47,700 bases of DNA from an uncultured Eubacteriales bacterium (GTDB lineage Bacteria > Bacillota > Clostridia > Christensenellales > UBA1242), in NCBI GenBank assembly GCA_949067325.1, contig CARTDZ010000003.1:1-47700 (forward strand). Direction: 5' to 3'. The translations under genes were made by a program, and so were the position numbers. Of the stretch, positions 37,101-46,100 are shown piece by piece. How positions within the stretch are numbered: the stretch's first letter is position 1; the number at the start of each line of letters is the position of its first letter. A model generated the notes under the pieces. The model saw nothing but the letters and a program-made list of their open reading frames with translations. It ran no database searches and was not told the DNA's origin.

Positions 37101-40100
37101 AAGAGTGCCAGCAAATGAAGTCAAACCATTTTGGAATTCTCTCTTTGCCAAAACTTCGCGCAAGTCGATATCTGTATAGTTTGTATCATCGTCTGCGTCA
37201 GAATTTTTACCTCTGATAATAACCTCAGCTGTAGTGTTTGCCATCATTCTACGCAAAGTTTGCTCTATTCTATAGTTGTCAAGATAGATGATATATCCGA
37301 TTGCGTCAGTATATTTGAGCGTTGGAAAAAGTTCACTTGTTGGGTGCGTCCAATTTTCATTTATCCAATAGTCGTTGTTCAGGAATGCAGCTTGGGTTTT
37401 GTTTCGACCAACTGAAATTTGTTCAGTGTACAAAGCTGGCTCTTCAATTTTGGCTATTGATGCGTCTGGAATATATGCACTAGTGTTGCCTGCAACAGTT
37501 CCCATTTTTATACCAGGTGCAAAATCTGGAGCTATATCTTGTTTGCTTGCTTGTTCACCTGCAGTTGCATATCTATATATTCTTGCAACGGTGCTTGAAG
37601 TTTGTGTTGTAGGTTTGCCTTCACTTTCAGTCAAAGCAGTTGTTTGAATCAACAAAGAAACATAAGGTTTAAGCTGAGCCAAAACATCGCCTGCTGCAAA
37701 AGTTGGATTGCCTTTAAGCTCGCCCACAAAAGCTGAAATATTGTTGCTTGAATAGAAGCTTGAAATGTCTTGAGCGTTTGCATTTTGTGTGTAGTCATAG
37801 AAAGAGATGAAGTTGACGCTGTTTACAGCATAAAGTGAAATCTGGCTGCCATTTGTGATTTGTCCAAAAATTCCGCCTGCTGCAGGATTATGTTCAATGC
37901 CGCCAATTGTCAGTTTTTGATAAGCGCGAACATCACCAGCTGCGTACACTTGGTTGACAAGATATTTGGTGTCAAAGCCTTTAAGGTCGCCAGTGTTGAC
38001 ACTGTAAGATTCTACTTTTTGTGGAATATTTGCAATACCTACTATGCCACCACTTAAATAAGAGGTAAGACCGATTGCATTTATATTTGAATATGAAAGC
38101 TTCATCAAGCCACTGCCAACATAACCGACAAGTCCACCTATTGCCATTTGAGTGTAGTTGCCGCTTGTTGCTGAGAAGATATCAATCGCGCCGCGTTCAC
38201 GACCAACGTCGAAAGCGTTGCTTTGATAATAGCCACCCATATTTGACTGGATTTTGTGTTGCAATTCTTCATTGTGAGTTGCTACAATTTGTGAAAGCGT
38301 GCCAAAAGCTTGGCCGATTACACCGCCAGCGTAATATTTGGTTGAAATAATATGAGTAGAGTTGTTGCTCATTGTGCCGTTTATGACAAGCTTAGCATCA
38401 CGTACTGCACTGTTGCTGCCGCTCAAACCAATCACACCGCCTGCAACCGAACCTTGAATATGAGTGTCGCCAAAAGCGTGTAAGTTTGTCAAGCTAAATT
38501 TGCTGTCATCTTCAGCCGCTGTAAAATCATTGTTTGAGTAGTATTTTTGAGTTGATTGCTCTTTGGTGAAAATGTCAGCAAAGCCGACAATTCCGCCAGC
38601 GTAAGAATATCTGCCTACGATATCAATATATGAGCCAATTGTTGCACCCATATTTGAAGTGAGGCTTGTAGAAAGTGGAAGTAAATTTGCCCTCAGAACG
38701 GCCAAAGCGTCAGTGTTTAAAACATCTGTTGGGCTGTCTACATATCCTGCTGCGAGCTGTTTGGTTGAAATAACTGTTGCGTTTGTTATGGTCAAGTTTT
38801 TAAGTTTGCTGTCACCAAGAGCAAATCCAACAATTCCGCCTACAAAGTTGAGACCTTCAACTTTTGCATTTTGAGCAAATTCGACGTTTACATTTACTAC
38901 ACTTGCGTCGCGCATATAACCTGCAAGCGATCCAACAGCCGCCGCCTGATTGTTGACAAGGTTTGCAACTGTAAGATTGAGATTTAGCACCATTGGTCTG
39001 ATATCTTTACGAGATTGTTCAATTGAAGCGAAAAGACCAAATGCCATACGTTTTTGAGTTTTTGTATTATTGAGGTTTGAAATTGTAAAGCCATTGCCGT
39101 AGAATTGACCAGTGAAAACTTTTACAGACGAAGGTATGTCAACTCCACCAGTCTGTTCGTCACCCGAAGCGTTAAGGTCATTGAAGTCAATGTTCGCTAT
39201 AAGTCTATAGCTGCCATTTACGCTTTGTTCATCAAAATATTCGGTTATATTTGACGACTTGCTCTTGCCTGTCACATCTACAAATTCTTGTGCTGACCTT
39301 ATCAAAATTGGATTGTATTTTGAGCCGTATTGAACATCAATCAAGTTTCCACCAAGACTTACTGTCGCATAAGGCAAAGTGTATGTTTGTGTGCCTGTTG
39401 CATTTGACAAAGGCTTGTAATAACGATGTGAGAAAGTGAGAAGGTCTGGCTCATTGAGTTTGAGGCCTTCCTTTTGTGTCATCTTCCAGATTGTATCTTC
39501 GTCATATTCAGTGCCAACTGCAAAGCCATAGAATGAGCTTGCGTTTGTCACATCTTTGAGCTGGCCTGCGCCTGTAACAAAGCTTGACTCAGTAGGCTCG
39601 CTATTGTCTGTGAAGTCTGTATATTCTGGGTTGTAGTAATAGCAGTTTTCATAACTACCTTCAAGAGTTTTTAGATTGCCGCCCGCATCAACACCTGAGA
39701 AGTTCATTTGGCTGTATTTCAAGTTTTGAATCTGTGAAGTTGAATAGCAGTTTACAAGACTTCCTCTATTTATATACACAAATCCTGAAGCAAGATAAAC
39801 TTGTTCGTCGAGGTTGCTGTTTGCAATTGAAATGTTTGAATAGTTGTCTTTGATTGTTCCGCCATCTAAGTTTTCATAAACAAAGCCGCTGACAACACCC
39901 ACTTTTGATTTGATTGAAGAGCCGCGTCTGCAGTAAGCATACTGCTTAACTTCCTCGCTCTTTACACCTTCAACATAAGAGGTGATGATTGTTCTTGAGT
40001 TTGTTCCTACAAAGCCTGATGTCCAACAAGTTGGGTCTTCGCTTTGGTTTGCCATGTCAATGTTTTTGGCATAAGATGAAGCTATGCTGCCTGAGTTTTC

Positions 40101-43100
40101 AAGCACAAAGCCCGCCATATTGCCTTGACCTTTGATGTTGAAAGTGAGAAGTGAAATAGAATTCATTTGATAATATGCATCGCTATTATCATCTATTTTT
40201 CCACCTATAACATAAACGTTGTCGCCACCCACTCTTGAGTTTGTTATGCTTCCGCTGTTGCGAAGAGCAAATCCAGCAACGTTTGAGTTCCAACTTGAAC
40301 TTGCATTAAGGTATATTGGCATTGTTGTTCCACTGCCATTTATATAGGTTATATTCAAACCATAGCTTGTCGAAGCATTTGTATTGCTGCCAAACGCAAC
40401 AACGCTTGAATTTGTGATATTTCCGCTGTTTGAGATTGCAAAGCCAGCAATTTCAAACATAGAATAATCGCTTATGTCGGCCAAAATTTGACGTCCGCCG
40501 CCAAAGAGGTTTACTGTAACATTTTTGATAGTTGTTGTACTTGCGACGTTTTTGAATAGTGCAAGCGAAAGAGTATTTTGACCTTGCTCTTTTTCTGTGT
40601 TGAATGATTCAATGTGTATTGTATGGCCGTTTCCGTCAAGGCTCAAAATTTTGTCTGTGTCGATTGGACGATAGTTTTTGAGATAAATATCTTTCATCAA
40701 AATATAGTCGCGAGCGTCGCCTTCAGCCATAGCCAAGAAGTCGGTTTCATCTTCCACGCAAATTGGCAGGTCTTCATCAGAATATTGTTTTACTGAAACG
40801 CCAAACTCTTTTATCACTGGCAAGGTAAGACCGCCATAGTTGATATAGGTAGTCATTCTCATGCGTACAGTGGTTGTTTCTGGTGTTTCTTTTAAGCCTG
40901 TTACAACAAGATTGTTGCCGCTTTCTTTGATTGAGAATATGCCGTTTATTGAAGAGACAAATTCACCTGTTTCTTTGATGTAAATATTGCTCCAGCCGCC
41001 AGTTTCTTCGTTGAAATAGTCAACACGCTCTTTAAGTGGAATTTGTTCAACGTGAGTTCTGTCATAGTTGATGCTGTAGTAAGCTGTTTTGTCAGCAAGC
41101 AATTCTTTATGATAGCCGTTTGAAGCAAAGCTTGTTCTGGCCGCGTTTAGTTGTGCAACCGCATTGTTCAACTCTTCACTACTCATGTCGTAGTTATATT
41201 CTTCAGGCATAAAGGCATATTCAAAAGCAAGAGGTGTATCAAGACCTATATATGATTTGACAATATTGTCATAGCTTGAGAAAATTTTGATTGAACTTGG
41301 ATCTGTATCGATCGCGAGATCTACAACTGTAACCGTGTTTGTTGCTGTTTTTATTTGACCTTCGCCAAGCACTTCAGCATTTATCTTGAAAGCGTTGTTG
41401 CCGCCAGAAACTTGGGCGTTTACGTCAATTGAAAGAGTGAATGTCACAAGTCGTCTGCCTGCGATGTCAGAAGGCACTTCTTGTTGGTTTGTGATTTTTA
41501 TGCCTTTGACTGCATCAGAAAGTTTGATTGGAGATGCGGTCACTGTCTGATCACTATCAAAGTAAAGCTTGCCAGTGACTTGCTCGCCTTTGGCCGTGAA
41601 AGAGAGCTGGCTTTGGCCATTGATGACGATTTCTGGGTCTTGGAGATAAGCCACTTTGAGGAAATGCTTCACACTAGCCCCTTCTATCAAATTGCCATTC
41701 GCGTCATAGAAGGTGATATCAAAAGTGAGGTTTGTGTCAACATTGACAGATTGATTTATCCAAAGATAGAAATAAATTGCACCTTTTGATTTGTCTTGCA
41801 CACTTGGAATAATTGTCACATTGTTTTGTGATGTTTCTATATTTGCGTTGCCGTCATCATAGAACTTTGTCTCTGTACTTGCAAGCACCTTGCGCAAAAC
41901 AACCGCATTTGCCGTTGTAGCACCTTGATAAGATAGCTTCATGCTGTGATAGTTTGCAAATTCTGGGTTTATATTGATTTTTAGCACTGAGCCATAACCA
42001 GGAGCAAGCACGCTTGAAGGAGTGCCTTCAACAGTATAAACTGTTTTGTAACTGTCAAAGCCCTCTACTTTTTCATAGGTCATGCTTGAAAGTTTGTAGC
42101 TGTTTACGTCAACGTGATTGAAGCGTTGTGGCGTCAAAGCCGCTTCAAAATCTGTGCTGACAATTTCACTGTCTGAGTGAAGTGAAACTTTGTAAGTTGC
42201 AGCTCTTGTAACACTCCATTTATAGCTTTCATGCACTGAAATTTCTACAATAAATTCTATTTCAACAATTCCGTTTGGAAGAGATGTGACATTGTCCTTT
42301 TTTGTGAGAGTGATATTAAATCGTTGTTCGTCGCCAAATGCAGCAGTATAAACGCCCTCGCTAACCTTTGTTATTTCAAGGTCAATTCCATCAAGTGACA
42401 TTTTTGGAAAGAGAATGTCGTTTTGATTTGATGTGCGAAGAAGTGCTGTGAGCTTGCCTGTGGTCGAAGGTGTGATTGCAATCTTATCTTCTGTTTTGAC
42501 AAGGTCAATACCGCCTTCAAAGGTTGTGAGAAGGAAGCTGTGTCCAAACTCTGAGTTTGCTGCCATTTGGAAGCTTTCATATTTTGCGTCTGTCAAAATT
42601 GTTGGTGTCACACTTACATTTTTGCCCTGAACAATATTGTTTTCGTTCACGTTAAGCACAAGCGGACTTGTGAAATTATACGCTGAAGAAGCAAGCTTGA
42701 AATTGTTTTGTGTGAGATTGTAAGTTTGTGCAGAGCTTCCTAAACGAAGTGAAGTTTTGTCAAAATTGTAAGTTATTGAACGAGTTTTGCCTTTTAAAAG
42801 ACTTACTACGCCGCCATCTTCAATTTCAATTGTGTTTGAAGAGGCCACAAGTTTTGACAATGCATAGACAACCTTGACTTTGATTGTCTTTTTTGCTGTA
42901 TAATCTTGCTTTGAATAGATTGTTATTTCAGCGTCGCCAACACCAGTGAAGATAAGTTCGTTTGCCAAAATTTGAGCAACATAAGCATTGCTTGTAGTTG
43001 CAACAAGTCCTGAAAAGTCATCTATTCCAAAAAGTTGAGATAGTGTGATTGTGTTGTAAGCTTTAAGCTCACGGCTTTCACGGTCTTTGTCAGAAACGTC

Positions 43101-46100
43101 TTCTTGAACTTCATAGAAATTGCCAAGCACTTCATCTTGAGAAGCTGCCAAAGTTTTGTAGAAACCAGCATTTTCAACAGTTTTTACTTGAAGCCCTGTC
43201 AAAGTTGCTTCTTGAGGTTGATAAACTTCTTTAAGGTGAGCATCGCCGCCGTTTACATAAGAAAGGAAGCCTTCTTCGCCAGATGAAACAAAATTGTCAT
43301 TTCCTGTTATGTCAGCTGGATAATATGCAATTGTTTCATTTCCGCCAGCGTCTCTTGTCACAACATAACCATTTGTAAGAGTTACACTGCCAAGATCTGC
43401 ACCTACTGAAGCGAAAGACAAGTTGATAGTTCCAGCATTTGTATAAACAAGAGCTTTTGCGTCACCAACAAGAACTTCAGATTTTGTATAGTCGTATGCA
43501 TAAGACTTTTCTATAGCGCCACTGTTTACCCCTACAAGGCCAGCAACTTTTGAAGCTGTAAACTTGTTTGTTTTGGATTTTGGTTGACTGGCTGTGTCTT
43601 GTCCATCGCTGAAGTTGTAGAATTCTACTCGACAGCCTGAAATTGTGCCAGCATTTTGTGCAGCGACACCCGCGGCCATTGAGCTGCCTTTGATGTTGAG
43701 GCCTAAAACTGAAGAATTTTCAATCAATGCATCATTTTGGTTTATTCCTACAATTCCGCCAACTTCACTGCCAGTAATGCTGCTGTAAGTGTAGTCTGTG
43801 CCAATTGCATAAACATCAACTGTCACATTTGAAATTGTACCTGCGTTTATGTCAGCCACAAAACCATTGCCAACAACTTCACCTGCAAAGGTTATATTTT
43901 TGATTGTGCCAAGGTTTGTGTTTGCAAAATTGCGACCTTTTAAAACAATTGTAACATCTTCTCTTATACCTTGAAGTCCGCCAACAAAAGATTGATGTCC
44001 AGCAAAGTCTGTCACTTCAATGTTGTTCATAATCGTATAAAACTTGGTAGGGTCTAAAGCTTTAAATTGGCTGGCTGAATATACTCTATACGCCGTCTCA
44101 AAGCCTTGTCCGTCAGCTACAGTTACAGGAATTTTGATGAGAATGTCACTAAATGGCACTTCTTTATTTGAATTGTTTTTGAAATATGCGTTTTCGTTTT
44201 CAATTAAGCGCTCATATTGCTTGCCAAGCTCTGAAAGCAATATGCTTTGAATTTGAGGATTGTTTTTTTCATAGAATGAAATTCTGCCATTGTTGATAGC
44301 GTCAGTTGGCAAGATGTAGATAAAACCACTTTTGCCTTTGGTTGCTCTAAAGGTTGCGACATCGCTGCCTTCTGAAACTGGAGAGATTGAAATAAAATCA
44401 TCTTGAACATCTAAGTTGTTTGTGACAAAGAAGGTCAGGTTTTTATTTTTTGCATTGGTTGGTGATGTAGATGTCACAATAATTTCTTGAGACGCGTCTC
44501 CTATTTCAAAATAGATGCCGTCAGTTGTATTGTGGCTTTCAAGATAAACCTTTTCGATACGGTCAGCGTTTAAGATAGAAACATTGATAGTCGTTTCAAG
44601 CGCCAAGACTGCATTCTTGTCATTATCGCTATAATTATATCCGATTTTTAAGGTGTCATTAAACAACGCCTGTCCATCAAGTTTGAGACCTTTTATGGTA
44701 AATGACAAATATGATTTGCTGCTGCTTAAGTTTATGTTTTCAAGTTTGTAAATACCACCCGCAAGCGTGATTTCATGACTGTCAGCAGCCAGATGTTCAC
44801 CATTAAAAGTAAAGTATTTAAGGTCGCTATAAGTTATGTTGTTTTGTGCGAAATTTATAACGATATCAGCAGTTGTGTCCGCGTCATCATTTACAGAAAC
44901 TTGAGTGTAAACTTTTACGCTTGAAATATTGGCTGCGAGAGTTGCAGGAGCGAAAAAGCTTTCAATTTTTATCACACGATAGAAAACAACTTCTGCCTCG
45001 CTTGAACCAGTAAGACTTTTGCCAACAAAGCGCACAATCATATATGCCGTACCAACACTGTTGACAGAAAGTGTTTTTGTGTTTAAGTTTACTGAAACTA
45101 TGTCATTTGTTTTTAGGCTTTCATTGTTAAAATATTTTTGTAAGTTGGCAAAGTCAAATTCTATAGGGTCACCATTCTGGTCTTTTTCGCCAACAAAGCG
45201 GAAGTCAAGGCTGGCCTCACTGCTTACACCTGCGACTGAATTTGTCACAACGTTGAATGGAAGCGAATTGCCAGATTTGATCATCAAAAAGTTCAATGCC
45301 TTTGCTGAGCCAACGATCTCATTGCCATTTCCGTCATAAAGCGAGCCATTTGTTTTGTAACCTACAACTGAGTTGTAAGCTGCCAAACTATCAATTGAAA
45401 TTGCAGCATTTGTGAGAGGCAGAAGGACGTTAAGCTCAAACTCTTGGCTTGAAATTCCGTTTTTGTGAACTATTGTGTAAGAGCCTTGTTGTGTCTGGCC
45501 TTTTCCTTCAGGCGCGAGTGTGAAATCAACCTCAAATTCCACCCAAGGGTTTTCGTCATTAAAGCTGTTGAGGTTTGAATTTGTTTGTCTTATGTTTGAA
45601 GCAGTCACAAATTTGTTGTCTACCAAAACACTAAGCCCTTCAATAGTGCTTTGACCATTAAGTTTAAATCGTCTGTTCTCAGTTGAAATTGCCACTGCGT
45701 CAGTTGAGAGATAAACATTGTTTTTCTCTTGATTTTCAAAAACAAGATTTTTAGCTGCTTGTTGAAGATCAAATGTAAGATCTGTCACAACATTGCTGTT
45801 TGCAACTGAAATGAAAGAAAGTCTGACATTTCGAATAGCCGATACGCTTTGTTTTTCGTTGGCTTTTATGTAAAGTCTTGTAGCGTTGATTGCTTTTTCA
45901 TCTTTCAAAACAAAACTGTCGCCATCAACTTCATAGTCGCCTTTGCCTAGAGTGATGATATTATTGCTAGGGTCAAGATAAGAGATGACAAGAGTGTTTT
46001 CGTCAAAGTCCTTGTTTAGCGAGCCAACAAATTCCGCTTGAGAGAAATCAATTGCCAGTTTGTATTTGTATTGAGTCTTATCTTCATTTTCAATAACTGT

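Noticed and set aside
28754-45339. About 40 short ORFs (60-117 aa) in other frames or antisense within the giant gene, for example 29041-29286 (WSVPWPVPW...), 34917-35270 and 36619-36960
   Set aside because: All lie entirely inside the 19-kb ORF, lack SDs, and have low-complexity or repeat-derived translations. They are expected by chance in a long AT-rich gene.
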